From Escherichia coli (lineage in GTDB: Bacteria; Pseudomonadota; Gammaproteobacteria; Enterobacterales; Enterobacteriaceae): 64,000 nt of DNA. Below the pieces are notes generated by a model that ran no database searches, was not told where the DNA came from, and worked only from the letters and a program-made list of their open reading frames with translations. The position numbers were made by a program, and so were the translations under genes. Shown piece by piece: positions 46,802-58,640 of this stretch. Position 1 is the stretch's first letter, and the number at the start of each line of letters is the position of its first letter. The stretch is taken from the NCBI RefSeq assembly GCF_024298765.1, contig NZ_CP101210.1. The stretch is one strand, 5' to 3'.

Positions 46802-47368
46802 ATGGGCAACACTAAGTTGGCTAATCCGGCACCGCTGGGCCTGATGGGCTTCGGCATGACCACCATTCTGCTTAACCTGCACAACGTGGGTTATTTTGCT
46901 CTGGACGGTATTATTCTTGCCATGGGCATTTTCTACGGCGGCATCGCGCAAATTTTTGCTGGTCTGCTGGAGTACAAAAAAGGCAACACTTTCGGTTTAA
47001 CCGCATTCACCTCTTACGGTTCTTTCTGGCTGACGCTGGTTGCGATTCTGCTGATGCCGAAACTGGGTCTGACCGATGCGCCAAATGCACAGTTCCTTGG
47101 TGTCTACCTAGGTCTGTGGGGCGTATTTACGCTGTTTATGTTCTTCGGCACGCTGAAAGGCGCACGCGTTCTGCAATTCGTTTTCTTTAGCCTGACCGTG
47201 CTGTTTGCCCTGCTGGCGATCGGTAACATTGCCGGTAACGCCGCAATCATCCACTTTGCCGGCTGGATTGGTCTGATCTGCGGTGCCAGCGCAATCTATC
47301 TGGCGATGGGTGAAGTACTGAACGAGCAGTTTGGTCGCACCGTTCTGCCGATTGGTGAATCCCACTAA
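46802..47368 (+). CDS. satP: Succinate-acetate/proton symporter (GPR1/FUN34/YaaH family)
   Basis: 188-aa 6-TM ORF MGNTKLANPAPLGLMGFGMTT. Confidence 0.93.
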   Translation: MGNTKLANPAPLGLMGFGMTTILLNLHNVGYFALDGIILAMGIFYGGIAQIFAGLLEYKKGNTFGLTAFTSYGSFWLTLVAILLMPKLGLTDAPNAQFLGVYLGLWGVFTLFMFFGTLKGARVLQFVFFSLTVLFALLAIGNIAGNAAIIHFAGWIGLICGASAIYLAMGEVLNEQFGRTVLPIGESH

Positions 47369-47378
47369 TTGTTTTGAG

Positions 47379-47405
47379 ATCCCCCCGCTCGGGGGGATTT
47401 TTTTA
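47379..47405 (+). terminator. Rho-independent terminator after satP; its T-tract contains the mog stop codon
   Basis: ATCCCCCCGCTCGGGGGGAT followed by TTTTTTT. Confidence 0.8.
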
Positions 47406-47990
47406 TTCGCTAACGTCGCGTCTTGCACTCTTCGGTCTGAATGCTGCAACCACTTCCGGTGCCGTTTCAATGTATGGCCCTTCCAGCAACTGAATGCAGT
47501 ACGGTACGCTGGCAAAAATACCATGCACCACAACGTTACCCGCAGCGTCCTTCACGCCTTCCAGCGTCTCTTTAATCGACTTCGGCTGACCGGGTAAGTT
47601 AAGGATCAGCGCCTGTTTGCGAATCACGCCCACCTGACGCGAAAGGATCGCAGTTGGTACAAAATGCAGGCTGATCTGGCGCATCTGTTCACCAAAGCCA
47701 GGCATCTCGCGGTCCGCTACTGCCAGCGTCGCATCGGGCGTTACGTCACGACGCGCCGGGCCAGTTCCGCCCGTGGTGAGCACCAGATGGCAACTCATTT
47801 CATCCACCAGCTCACACAACGTTTGCTCGATGATCGCCTGCTCATCGGGGATTAAGCGGGTTTCCAGTTCAAACGGCGTGGTTAGCGCCGATGTCAGCCA
47901 TTCTTCCAGCGCAGGGATGCCTTTATCCTGATAAACGCCGCTGGATGCGCGATCAGAGATGGAAACTAAGCCAATACGTAAAGTATTCAT
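47403..47990 (-). CDS. mog: Molybdopterin adenylyltransferase
   Basis: 195 aa from ATG at 47990 (MNTLRIGLVSISDRAS). Confidence 0.93.
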   Translation of the reverse strand: MNTLRIGLVSISDRASSGVYQDKGIPALEEWLTSALTTPFELETRLIPDEQAIIEQTLCELVDEMSCHLVLTTGGTGPARRDVTPDATLAVADREMPGFGEQMRQISLHFVPTAILSRQVGVIRKQALILNLPGQPKSIKETLEGVKDAAGNVVVHGIFASVPYCIQLLEGPYIETAPEVVAAFRPKSARRDVSE

Positions 47991-48104
47991 CAAGATTTTT
48001 CCGTTTAAACAGTCTCGTTAAACAGAATGATACACTGCGAAGGGAGTGACAGACAGGCTTCAGAAGAGGTAGCGTGACCGACTTCCCGGTCACGCTAAGA
48101 ATGA

Positions 48105-49058
48105 TTACAGCAGATCGCCGATCATTTTTTCCAGTTTTTCCTGGTCAACAGCAAACTTACGGATACCTTCCGCCAGTTTATCTACTGCCATTGGATCCTG
48201 GTTATGCTGCCACAGGAACTCGGACTCAGTGATACGCGCCGGACGCGCTTTCACTTCGCCGGTGTAAGACAGTTTACGTTCGATAGCCCCTTCGCTCTCA
48301 GCCAGCTCTTTCAGCAGTGCCGGTGCGATGGTCAGACGGTCGCAGCCTGCCAGTTCCAGAATTTCGCCGATGTTACGGAAGCTTGCGCCCATAACCACGG
48401 TTTCATAACCGTGCTCTTTGTAGTACTGGTAGATTTCAGATACAGAAACCACGCCTGGATCTTCTGCCGGAGCGTACTCTTTCTTATCGGTATTCGCTTT
48501 GTACCAGTCAAGAATACGGCCAACAAACGGCGAGATCAGGAACACGCCCGCTTCCGCACAAGCACGAGCCTGAGCGAAGGAGAACAGCAGGGTCAGGTTA
48601 CAGTTGATGCCTTCTTTTTCCAGCTGTTCTGCAGCACGGATACCCTGCCAGGTAGAAGCCAGTTTGATCAGAATACGATCGTTGCTAATCCCTGCATCGT
48701 TGTAGAGTTTGATCAGGCGTTTTGCTTTCGCAATTGACGCTTCGGTGTCATAGGAAAGACGCGCATCAACTTCAGTTGAGATACGGCCCGGAACCAGTTT
48801 CAGGATTTCCAGACCAATATTTACTGCCAGTTTGTCGGTCGCGTCCACGATCTGCTGCGCGCGATCGTTGCTCTGCTGTTTCGCCCAGGCGACAGCATCA
48901 TCAATCAACTTACGGTATTCCGGAATCTGCGCTGCGTTAAGAATGAGAGAAGGGTTGGTTGTGGCATCCTGCGGTTGATACAGCTTCATTGCCGCGATGT
49001 CCCCAGTGTCGGCCACTACGGTGGTGTACTGACGAAGGGAGGTCAATTTGTCCGTCAT
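48105..49058 (-). CDS. talB: Transaldolase B
   Basis: 317 aa from ATG at 49058 ([21 protein letters not shown]). Confidence 0.95.
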
Positions 49059-49336
49059 GATAGTATTTCTCTTTAAACAGCTTGTTAGGGGGATGTAACC
49101 GGTCTGCCCTGATGATATCACGACGCAACGTCAGCGCAACCGCCGACAAGACGGTTATCGCCAGGCGAGACTGTTTCGGATTTCTGACACTGCGTTGATA
49201 TCGCCCGCCATTTTTATACAAAACCTCATGTATGCTACGCAGAAGTTATCAAGTACCTCGTAGCGTATATACTTCTTAAACAATTGGTAACGTTTACACA
49301 GGAAAGTCATCGCGACCGGCAATAAGAGGGATATGC

Positions 49337-50767
49337 ATGCCAGATTTTTTCTCCTTTATTAACAGCGTCCTTTGGGGATCGGTAATGATTTACCTGCTCT
49401 TCGGCGCAGGTTGTTGGTTCACTTTTCGTACCGGATTTGTGCAGTTTCGCTACATCCGCCAGTTTGGCAAAAGTCTTAAAAATAGCATTCATCCACAGCC
49501 AGGCGGTTTAACCTCATTTCAGTCATTGTGTACCAGTCTTGCGGCGCGCGTGGGTAGCGGCAACCTGGCTGGCGTTGCGCTGGCTATTACCGCCGGTGGA
49601 CCAGGTGCCGTCTTCTGGATGTGGGTTGCCGCGTTTATCGGCATGGCGACCTCGTTTGCCGAATGTTCCCTTGCACAACTTTATAAAGAACGTGACGTTA
49701 ATGGGCAGTTTCGTGGCGGACCGGCATGGTATATGGCGCGCGGGCTGGGGATGCGCTGGATGGGCGTTCTGTTCGCCCTCTTTTTGCTCATCGCCTACGG
49801 CATAATTTTCAGCGGAGTTCAGGCGAACGCCGTTGCCCGAGCCCTGAGTTTTTCTTTTGATTTTCCCCCGCTGGTGACAGGCATTATTCTTGCTGTCTTT
49901 GCTCTGCTGGCAATCACTCGCGGTCTTTATGGCGTCGCCCGGCTCATGCAGGGGTTTGTCCCGTTGATGGCGATAATCTGGGTACTGACCAGCCTGGTAA
50001 TTTGCGTAATGAATATCGGGCAACTTCCCCACGTCATTTGGTCTATTTTTGAGAGTGCTTTTGGCTGGCAGGAAGCGGCAGGCGGCGCGGCGGGATATAC
50101 CTTAAGCCAGGCGATTACTAACGGTTTTCAGCGCAGTATGTTTTCCAATGAGGCGGGAATGGGGTCGACGCCAAACGCGGCAGCGGCAGCTGCGTCCTGG
50201 CCTCCGCATCCCGCAGCGCAAGGGATTGTCCAGATGATTGGCATTTTTATCGACACCCTGGTCATCTGTACGGCAAGCGCCATGCTGATATTACTGGCGG
50301 GTAACGGCACAACCTACATGCCGCTGGAAGGTATTCAGCTTATCCAGAAGGCGATGCGGGTGCTAATGGGCTCCTGGGGTGCGGAGTTTGTTACCCTCGT
50401 GGTTATTCTGTTTGCCTTCAGCTCCATCGTTGCCAACTACATTTATGCCGAAAACAATCTCTTCTTCTTACGCCTGAACAACCCTAAAGCGATCTGGTGT
50501 CTGCGAATCTGCACCTTCGCAACGGTCATCGGCGGCACCTTGCTAAGTCTTCCGCTGATGTGGCAACTGGCAGATATCATAATGGCCTGCATGGCTATTA
50601 CCAATTTGACCGCCATTTTACTGCTCTCGCCTGTGGTTCATACCATTGCCAGTGATTATCTACGCCAGCGTAAACTCGGCGTGCGCCCGGTGTTTGATCC
50701 GTTGCGTTATCCGGATATCAGTCGCCAGCTTTCTCCGGACGCGTGGGATGATGTTTCGCAGGAGTAA
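49337..50767 (+). CDS. yaaJ: Sodium:alanine/amino-acid symporter family transporter
   Basis: 476-aa polytopic membrane ORF. Confidence 0.9.
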   Translation: MPDFFSFINSVLWGSVMIYLLFGAGCWFTFRTGFVQFRYIRQFGKSLKNSIHPQPGGLTSFQSLCTSLAARVGSGNLAGVALAITAGGPGAVFWMWVAAFIGMATSFAECSLAQLYKERDVNGQFRGGPAWYMARGLGMRWMGVLFALFLLIAYGIIFSGVQANAVARALSFSFDFPPLVTGIILAVFALLAITRGLYGVARLMQGFVPLMAIIWVLTSLVICVMNIGQLPHVIWSIFESAFGWQEAAGGAAGYTLSQAITNGFQRSMFSNEAGMGSTPNAAAAAASWPPHPAAQGIVQMIGIFIDTLVICTASAMLILLAGNGTTYMPLEGIQLIQKAMRVLMGSWGAEFVTLVVILFAFSSIVANYIYAENNLFFLRLNNPKAIWCLRICTFATVIGGTLLSLPLMWQLADIIMACMAITNLTAILLLSPVVHTIASDYLRQRKLGVRPVFDPLRYPDISRQLSPDAWDDVSQE

Positions 50768-50836
50768 TCACAACTATCGATCAACTCATTCTCTTTTTTT
50801 GCTAAAGTCGGCATAAATTTCCTGCAAGGACTGGAT

Positions 50837-51613
50837 ATGCTGATTCTTATTTCACCTGCGAAAACGCTCGATTACCAAAGCCCGTTGCCCACCACGCGCT
50901 ATACGCTGCCGGAGCTGTTAGACAATTCCCAGCAGTTGATCCATGAAGCGCGGAAACTGACGCCTCCGCAGATTAGCACGCTGATGCGCATCAGCGACAA
51001 ACTGGCGGGTATCAACGCCGCTCGCTTTCATGACTGGCAGCCAGATTTCACGCCAGAGAATGCCCGACAAGCGATTCTGGCATTTAAAGGTGATGTCTAT
51101 ACTGGCTTGCAGGCCGAAACCTTCAGCGAAGACGATTTCGATTTTGCCCAACAGCATTTGCGAATGCTTTCCGGCTTGTATGGCGTACTGCGCCCGCTCG
51201 ATTTAATGCAGCCTTATCGTCTGGAAATGGGGATCCGTCTTGAGAATGCCCGAGGGAAAGATCTGTATCAATTCTGGGGAGATATCATCACCAACAAGCT
51301 GAACGAGGCGCTCGCAGCACAAGGCGATAATGTGGTGATTAATCTGGCGTCAGATGAGTATTTTAAATCGGTGAAGCCGAAGAAATTGAATGCCGAGATT
51401 ATCAAGCCGGTGTTCCTCGATGAGAAGAACGGCAAATTTAAGATCATCAGCTTCTACGCTAAGAAAGCACGCGGTCTGATGAGTCGTTTCATTATTGAAA
51501 ATCGGCTGACCAAACCAGAGCAACTGACTGGTTTTAATAGCGAAGGTTACTTCTTTGATGAAGCTTCCTCCAGCAACGGCGAACTGGTGTTTAAACGCTA
51601 CGAGCAGCGTTAA
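50837..51613 (+). CDS. yaaA: Peroxide stress protein YaaA (UPF0246)
   Basis: 258-aa [20 protein letters not shown]. Confidence 0.92.
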   Translation: MLILISPAKTLDYQSPLPTTRYTLPELLDNSQQLIHEARKLTPPQISTLMRISDKLAGINAARFHDWQPDFTPENARQAILAFKGDVYTGLQAETFSEDDFDFAQQHLRMLSGLYGVLRPLDLMQPYRLEMGIRLENARGKDLYQFWGDIITNKLNEALAAQGDNVVINLASDEYFKSVKPKKLNAEIIKPVFLDEKNGKFKIISFYAKKARGLMSRFIIENRLTKPEQLTGFNSEGYFFDEASSSNGELVFKRYEQR

Positions 51614-51619
51614 GTTTGT

Positions 51620-51760
51620 AGCCAATGCCGGATGCGGCGTGAACGCCTTATCCGGCCTACAAAAGCATGCAGATTCAATATATTGCAGAATTAACGTAGG
51701 CCTGATAAGACGCGCCAGCGTCGCATCAGGCGCTGAATGCCGGATTGTTACCCGGCATTT
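51620..51760. repeat. REP element cluster between convergent yaaA and yaaX
   Basis: GCCGGATGCGGCGTGAACGCCTTATCCGGCCTAC and GTAGGCCTGATAAGACGCGCCAGCGTCGCATCAGGC. Confidence 0.65.
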
Positions 51761-51765
51761 GTCAT

Positions 51766-52062
51766 TTAGCGGTGATGTTTGCCTGGACCATGACCGCCGT
51801 GATGATCATGAGGAGCTTTCTTATGGTGGCGCGGCGGTGGCGGCGGTCCGTGTGGGTGCCAGCGATTGCCTCGCCATTCATAATGTTGTTTCCACCAGCC
51901 GTGGTCGCGCCAGTGACCGCCATCCCAGTAATAGCCACGATTATCACGATCGCCTATCTGTAATTTTACTGACGGGACTAGCGTAATTTCCGCAGCCTGC
52001 GCTGCCATGGGAGCGACCAGAACCAGGGAAAGTGCGAGTACGATAGATTGCATCTTTTTCAC
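51766..52062 (-). CDS. yaaX: Small secreted His/Trp/Pro-rich protein (DUF2502)
   Basis: 98-aa ORF with signal peptide and C-terminal His-rich low-complexity tail. Confidence 0.85.
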   Translation of the reverse strand: MKKMQSIVLALSLVLVAPMAAQAAEITLVPSVKLQIGDRDNRGYYWDGGHWRDHGWWKQHYEWRGNRWHPHGPPPPPRHHKKAPHDHHGGHGPGKHHR

Positions 52063-52219
52063 AGGTTACTCCTTTTATCATTGCCCGTTATGGGTCGATA
52101 TCCGGAGATTACGCGATGAGAACGGCAGTTGTTATTCTCCGCAATCCTAATCTCTAAGTTACCGCATTTATTGAGAATTTCTCCTTTTTCCCTGTCGTTT
52201 TTCTCCATATTTTCTTCAT

Positions 52220-52260
52220 AAAAAAGCCGGGCTGCATAAAAGCAAACCCGGCCTGATTGA
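52220..52260 (-). terminator. thr operon terminator downstream of thrC
   Basis: Minus strand CAGGCCGGGTTTGCTTTTATGCAGCCCGGC followed by TTTTTT. Confidence 0.7.
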
Positions 52261-52275
52261 GATAATGAATAGACG

Positions 52276-53562
52276 TTACTGATGATTCATCATCAATTTA
52301 CGCAACGCAGCAAAATCGGCGGGCAGGTTATGCGAAAGCAAGGGTAAATCAGCACGTTCTGCCAGCTCTTTTGGCAGATCCAACGTTTCACCGAGAATCG
52401 CTTCCACGCTCTCTTTAAATTTCGCCGGATGCGCGGTGCCGAGGAACAAGCCATATTCGCCTGGATTCAACTGGTCACGCAGCGCACGATAAGCTACGGC
52501 AGCGTGCGGCTCCGAGGTATAGCCCAGTTCTTTTAACTCACGCATTGTCTGTTGCGTGGTTTCATCATCCACGGCTGCATACCCCAGCTCTTTCAGTTGC
52601 CAGATTTTGCGGCGGAACAACTCTTCCACACGCGGCCAGTTGTTTGGCTGGCTAACATCCATCGCATTGGATAACGTCGCCTGAGTCGCTTTGGGTGACC
52701 ACTGACCGTCGTGCAGGAAACGTGGCACGGTATCGTTCACGTTGGTCGCAGCAATAAAACGTTTCACCGGCAGACCGAGTGACTTCGCCAGCAGACCCGC
52801 CGTCAAATCGCCGAAGTTTCCGCTTGGCACCGAGACAACCAGCTGGTTGCGCGCTTCCTGCGGCAGCTGCGCAACAGCTTCAAAGTAGTAGCAAATCTGC
52901 GCCAGCAAACGGCTGATGTTAATCGAGTTAGCTGAGTTTAGCCCCAGCGCCACTTTCAGTTCTTCATCATCAAACGCCTGCTTCACCAGCGCCTGACAGG
53001 CATCGAAATCGCCGTCGATGGCAACAGTTTCAATATTGCCGCCCAATGTACAGAACAGTTTTTCTTGCAGTGGACTGATTTTGCCTCGTGGATAGAGGAT
53101 AACCACTTTCACATTCGGCAAACCGTAGAAAGCATGAGCCACTGCCGCTCCGGTATCACCGGAGGTCGCGGTCAGAATGGTCACTGGCTTATCGCCCGCA
53201 ATATGGGTCAGCATTTGTGCCATAAAGCGACCGCCGAAATCTTTAAATGCCAGCGTTGGCCCGTGAAACAACTCCAGACAACCGACATCGCTTTCAACAT
53301 TGGCGACCGGAGCCGGGAAGGCAAACGCCGCGCGTACGCGCTCTTCCAGGATTTCCTGCGGGATTTCATCACCAATAAACGCCGAGAGGATCTTCGCACT
53401 GCGGGTGACAAAATCCAGCTTCAGCATCTCATCAATTTCAGTCAGGCTGAATTCCGGCAGGTCGTGCGGGAAAAACAGCCCCTGATTTTTGCCCAACCCC
53501 TGGGTTACGGCTTGCGCAAAGCTGACCTGCTCATTGTGATCTTTCAGATTGTAGAGTTTCAT
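52276..53562 (-). CDS. thrC: Threonine synthase
   Basis: 428-aa ORF. Confidence 0.97.
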   Translation of the reverse strand: MKLYNLKDHNEQVSFAQAVTQGLGKNQGLFFPHDLPEFSLTEIDEMLKLDFVTRSAKILSAFIGDEIPQEILEERVRAAFAFPAPVANVESDVGCLELFHGPTLAFKDFGGRFMAQMLTHIAGDKPVTILTATSGDTGAAVAHAFYGLPNVKVVILYPRGKISPLQEKLFCTLGGNIETVAIDGDFDACQALVKQAFDDEELKVALGLNSANSINISRLLAQICYYFEAVAQLPQEARNQLVVSVPSGNFGDLTAGLLAKSLGLPVKRFIAATNVNDTVPRFLHDGQWSPKATQATLSNAMDVSQPNNWPRVEELFRRKIWQLKELGYAAVDDETTQQTMRELKELGYTSEPHAAVAYRALRDQLNPGEYGLFLGTAHPAKFKESVEAILGETLDLPKELAERADLPLLSHNLPADFAALRKLMMNHQ

Positions 53563-54495
53563 TTAGTTTTCCAGTACTCGTGCGCCCGCCGTATCCAGCC
53601 GGCAAATATGAACAAAACCTTCCTGATTTTGCAGGTAGTTCTTACCCAACCAGTCGGCAACGCGCTGGGCGGTATCCGGCTTGTCACACAGAGCGAACAA
53701 AGTCGGGCCGGAGCCGGAGATACCGCTCGCTACCGCGCCGATTTCCGCGACCGCCTGCCGCGCCTGCCGGAAGCCTGGCAGTAACCGTTCACGGTAGGGT
53801 TCAGCGATAACATCTTTCATCAGCTTCGCGGCAAGCTCAGGCTGACGGGAATAGCAGGCGTGAATAAAGCCTGCCAGATGTCGCCCGTGCGCAATGCAAT
53901 CCTGGCGGCGATACTGCGCTGGTAAAATAGCCCGGGCTTCTGCCGTCGAGACTTTAATCCCCGGATACGCCAGCACCCACAGCCACTCATCAAACCCTGG
54001 CACTTGCTGGCTGATGATGTCGTTTTCTTCGATCATCAACTGCATACCACCGAGAAAACACGGTGCCACGTTGTCGTAATGAATGCTGCCGGAGATACGG
54101 CCTTCCAGCTCGCCCATCAAAGCCAGCAAACGAGTGTCATTAAGCGGCTTGCCGCAGTGTTCATTCATCGCCATCAGCGCCGCGACCACCGAACAGGCAC
54201 TGGAGCCTAAGCCCGAACCGATCGGCATATTCTTTTCCAGGGTCATCGCCACTGGAATTTGCTTACCCAGTTCCTGGCAAAAACGCTCCCAGCACTGATA
54301 AACGATATTTTCCCGAGGTTCTGACGGCAGCTTATCGGCAAAGCGTCCGAGGTTATTGAGACTGAATGTCTCTGCCGCCTCAACCGTGACTACATCTCCG
54401 AGCAATGCACCATCAACGGGTGTCACCGCCGCCCCGAGCACATCAAACCCGACGCTCATATTGGCACTGGAAGCCGGGGCATAAACTTTAACCAT
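53563..54495 (-). CDS. thrB: Homoserine kinase
   Basis: 310-aa [21 protein letters not shown]. Confidence 0.97.
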
Positions 54496-54496
54496 G

Positions 54497-56959
54497 TCAG
54501 ACTCCTAACTTCCATGAGAGGGTACGTAGCAGATCGGCAAAGACACCAGCAGCTGTAACGTCATTGCCCGCACCATATCCGCGCAGCACCAACGGCAGCG
54601 GCTGATAATAGTGGCTATAGAAGGCCAGAGCGTTTTCGCCATTTTTCACTTTGAACAGCGGATCATTACCATCCACTTCGGCAATCTTCACGCGGCAGAC
54701 GCCATCTTCATCAATATTGCCAACATAGCGCAAAACTTTTCCTTCATCACGGGCCTTCGCCACGCGCGCGGCAAAGAGATCGTCGAGCTGTGACAGATTC
54801 GCCATAAAAGCGGCAACATCACCCTCGGCGTTAAACTCAGTGGGCAGCACAGGTTCAATTTCAATATCCGCCAGCTCCAGTTCACGTCCCGTTTCACGAG
54901 CGAGAATCAATAGTTTACGCGCCACATCCATACCAGAAAGATCATCTCGCGGGTCCGGTTCGGTATAACCCATTTCCCGCGCCAGCGTGGTCGCCTCGGA
55001 GAAACTCATGCCTTCGTCTAACTTGCCGAAGATATAAGAAAGCGAACCTGAAAGAATGCCGGAGAACTTCATCAATTCATCACCTGCATTGAGCAGATTT
55101 TGCAGGTTCTCAATAACCGGTAATCCAGCCCCAACGTTAGTGTCATAGAGGAATTTACGCCGCGATTTTTCCGCCGCATGACGCAACAAATGGTAGTAAT
55201 CCATCGACGAGGTGTTGGCCTTTTTGTTCGGCGTAACAACGTGGAAACCTTCGCGCAGGAAGTCGGCATATTGATCCGCCACTGCCTGGCTGGAGGTGCA
55301 GTCAACAATGACCGGGTTCAGCAGATGATATTCTTTCACGAGGCGAATTAAGCGCCCGAGATTAAACGGCTCTTTGGCTTGCGCCAGTTCTTCCTGCCAG
55401 TTTTCCAGATTAAGGCCATGTACATTGGTGAGCAGAGCCTTCGAGTTGGCAACACCGCAGACACGTAAGTCGATATGTTTATTCTTCAGCCAGCTTTGCT
55501 GACGCTTCAGTTGCTCCAGCAGCGCACCGCCAACGCCACCGACGCCAATCACAAACACTTCGATAACCTGATCGGTATTGAACAGCATCTGATGAGTAAC
55601 GCGCACGCCAGTGGTCGCATCATCGTTATTTACCACGACAGAGATTGAGCGTTCAGAAGATCCCTGAGCAATGGCGACAATGTTGATATTGGCGCGGGCC
55701 AGCGCGGCAAAGAATTTCGCCGAGATCCCACGCAAGGTGCGCATACCATCACCTACCACCGAGATAATGGCCAGCCGTTCCGTCACCGCCAGCGGCTCCA
55801 GTAAGCCTTCTTTCAGTTCCAGGTAGAACTCTTCCTGCATTGCCCGTTCAGCTCGCACACAGTCGCTTTGTGGAACGCAGAAACTGATGCTGTATTCGGA
55901 AGATGATTGCGTAATCAGCACCACGGAAATACGGGCGCGTGACATCGCTGCAAAGACGCGCGCCGCCATGCCGACCATTCCTTTCATCCCCGGGCCGGAA
56001 ACACTGAACATTGCCATATTATTCAGATTGGAAATGCCCTTGACCGGTAATTCGTCTTCATCACGGCTGGCACCAATGAGCGTACCTGGTGCTTGAGGAT
56101 TTCCGGTATTTTTAATCAGGCAAGGGATCTGGAACTGGGCGATGGGGGTAATGGTGCGGGGGTGAAGAACTTTAGCGCCGAAGTAGGAAAGCTCCATCGC
56201 TTCCTGGTAGGACATCGACTTCAACAACCTCGCATCGGGCACCTGACGCGGGTCGCAGGTATAGACCCCGTCAACGTCCGTCCAAATCTCGCAACAATCG
56301 GCGCGTAAACAGGCAGCCAGCACCGCAGCAGAGTAGTCGGAACCGTTGCGTCCAAGCACCACCAGTTCGCCTTTTTCATTACCGGCGGTGAAACCTGCCA
56401 TCAGCACCATGTGATCAGCCGGAATACGACTTGCCGCAATACGGCGGGTGGACTCAGCAATATCGACGGTAGATTCGAGGTAATGCCCCACTGCCAGCAG
56501 TTTTTCGACCGGATCGATAACGGTAACGTTGTGACCGCGCGCTTCTAATACGCCGGCCATAATGGCGATCGACATTTTCTCGCCACGGCAAATCAGCGCA
56601 GCGTTGATGCTATCCGGGCACTGCCCCAACAAACTAATGCCATGCAGGACATGTTTTATTTGGGCAAATTCCTGATCGACGAAAGTTTTCAATTGCGCCA
56701 GCGGGAACCCCGGCTGGGCGGCGGCGAGTCCCGTCAAAAGTTCGGCAAAAATACGTTCGGCATCGCTGATATTGGGTAAAGCATCCTGGCCGCTAATGGT
56801 TTTTTCAATCATCGCCACCAGGTGGTTGGTGATTTTGGCGGGGGCAGAGAGGACGGTGGCCACCTGCCCCTGCCTGGCATTGCTTGCCAGAATATCGGCA
56901 ACCCGCAGAAAACGTTCTGCATTTGCCACTGATGTACCGCCGAACTTCAACACTCGCAT
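54497..56959 (-). CDS. thrA: Bifunctional aspartokinase I / homoserine dehydrogenase I
   Basis: 820 aa from ATG at 56959 ([17 protein letters not shown]); ORF track extension to 57001 rejected. Confidence 0.97.
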
Positions 56960-56983
56960 GGTTGTTACCTCGTTACCTTTGGT

Positions 56984-57021
56984 CGAAAAAAAAGCCCGCA
57001 CTGTCAGGTGCGGGCTTTTTT
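56984..57021 (-). terminator. thr attenuator (leader terminator hairpin)
   Basis: Minus strand AAAAAAGCCCGCACCTGACAGTGCGGGCTTTTTTTT between thrL and thrA. Confidence 0.85.
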
Positions 57022-57039
57022 CTGTGTTTCCTGTACGCG

Positions 57040-57108
<69 letters not shown>

Positions 57109-57149
57109 TGTTGTGTACTCTGTAATTTTTATCTGTCTGTGCGCTATGC

Positions 57150-57190
57150 CTATATTGGTTAAAGTATTTAGTGACCTAAGTCAATAAAAT
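57150..57190 (-). promoter_or_regulatory. thr operon promoter (approximate)
   Basis: Minus strand TTGACT -35-like hexamer with 17-bp spacer to TAACCA upstream of thrL; boundaries approximate. Confidence 0.45.
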
Positions 57191-57318
57191 TTTAATTTAC
57201 TCACGGCAGGTAACCAGTTCAGAAGCTGCTATCAGACACTCTTTTTTTAATCCACACAGAGACATATTGCCCGTTGCAGTCAGAATGAAAAGCTGAAAAA
57301 TACTTACTAAGGCGTTTT

Positions 57319-58005
57319 TTATTTGGTGATATTTTTTTCAATATCATGCAGCAAACGGTGCAACATTGCCGTGTCTCGTTGCTCTAAAAGCCCCAGGCGT
57401 TGTTGTAACCAGTCGACCAGTTTTATGTCATCTGCCACTGCCAGAGTCGTCAGCAATACCATGGCTCGTTTGCGTAAAGCTTGCAGTTGATGTTGGTCTG
57501 CCGTTGTGTCACTTTTCGCCGGTTGTTGTATTAATGTTGCTAATTGATAGCAATAGACCATCACCGCCTGCCCCAGATTGAGCGAAGGATAATCCGCCAC
57601 CATCGGCACACCAGTAAGAACGTCAGCCAACGCTAACTCTTCGTTAGTCAGCCCGGAATCTTCGCGACCAAACACCAGAGCGGCATGGCTCATCCATGAA
57701 GATTTTTCCTCTAACAGCGGCACCAGTTCTACTGGCGTAGCGTAGTAATGATATTTCGCCCGACTGCGCGCAGTGGTGGCAACAGTGAAATCGACATCGT
57801 GTAACGATTCAGCTAGTGTCTTGAAAACTTTAATATTATCAATAATATCACCAGATCCATGTGCGACCCAACGGGCGGCTGGCTCCAGGTGTGCCTGACT
57901 ATCAACAATCCGCAGTTCGCTAAAACCCATCGTTTTCATTGCCCGCGCCGCTGCCCCAATATTTTCTGCTCTGGCGGGTGCGACCAGAATAATCGTTATA
58001 CGCAT
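57319..58005 (-). CDS. lasT: Putative tRNA/rRNA methyltransferase (SpoU family)
   Basis: 228 aa from ATG at 58005 (MRITIILVAPARAENIGAAARAMKTMGF). Confidence 0.88.
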   Translation of the reverse strand: MRITIILVAPARAENIGAAARAMKTMGFSELRIVDSQAHLEPAARWVAHGSGDIIDNIKVFKTLAESLHDVDFTVATTARSRAKYHYYATPVELVPLLEEKSSWMSHAALVFGREDSGLTNEELALADVLTGVPMVADYPSLNLGQAVMVYCYQLATLIQQPAKSDTTADQHQLQALRKRAMVLLTTLAVADDIKLVDWLQQRLGLLEQRDTAMLHRLLHDIEKNITK

Positions 58006-58404
58006 ATTGCCACTCTTCTTGATCAAATAACCGCGAACCGGGTGATCACTGTCAACTTATTACGCGGTGCAAATTTACAAACTCTTAACGTAAGTCGCAG
58101 AAAAAGCCCTTTACTTAGCTTAAAAAAGGCTAAACTATTTCCTGACTGTACTAACGGTTGAATTGTTAAAAAATGCTATATATCCTTCTGTTTACTTAGG
58201 ATAATTTTATAAAAAATAAATCTCGACAATTGGATTCACCACGTTTATTAGTTGTATGATGCAACTAGTTGGATTATTAAAATAATGTGACGAAAGCTAG
58301 CATTTAGATACGATGATTTCATCAAACTGTTAACGTGCTACAATTGAACTTGATATATGTCAACGAAGCGTAGTTTTATTGGGTGTCCGGCCCCTCTTAG
58401 CCTG

Positions 58405-58545
58405 TTATGTTGCTGTTAAAATGGTTAGGATGACAGCCGTTTTTGACACTGTCGGGTCCTGAGGGAAAGTACCCACGACCAAGCTAATGATGTTGTTGAC
58501 GTTGATGGAAAGTGCATCAAGAACGCAATTACGTACTTTAGTCAT
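58405..58545 (-). CDS. yjjY: Small hypothetical ORF (46 aa); weak call
   Basis: ATG at 58545 (MTKVR...) at the position of annotated yjjY upstream of arcA; no independent support. Confidence 0.3.
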   Translation of the reverse strand: MTKVRNCVLDALSINVNNIISLVVGTFPQDPTVSKTAVILTILTAT

Positions 58546-58640
58546 GTTACGCCGATCATGTTAATTTGCAGCATGCATCAGGCAGGTCAGGGACTTTTGT
58601 ACTTCCTGTTTCGATTTAGTTGGCAATTTAGGTAGCAAAC

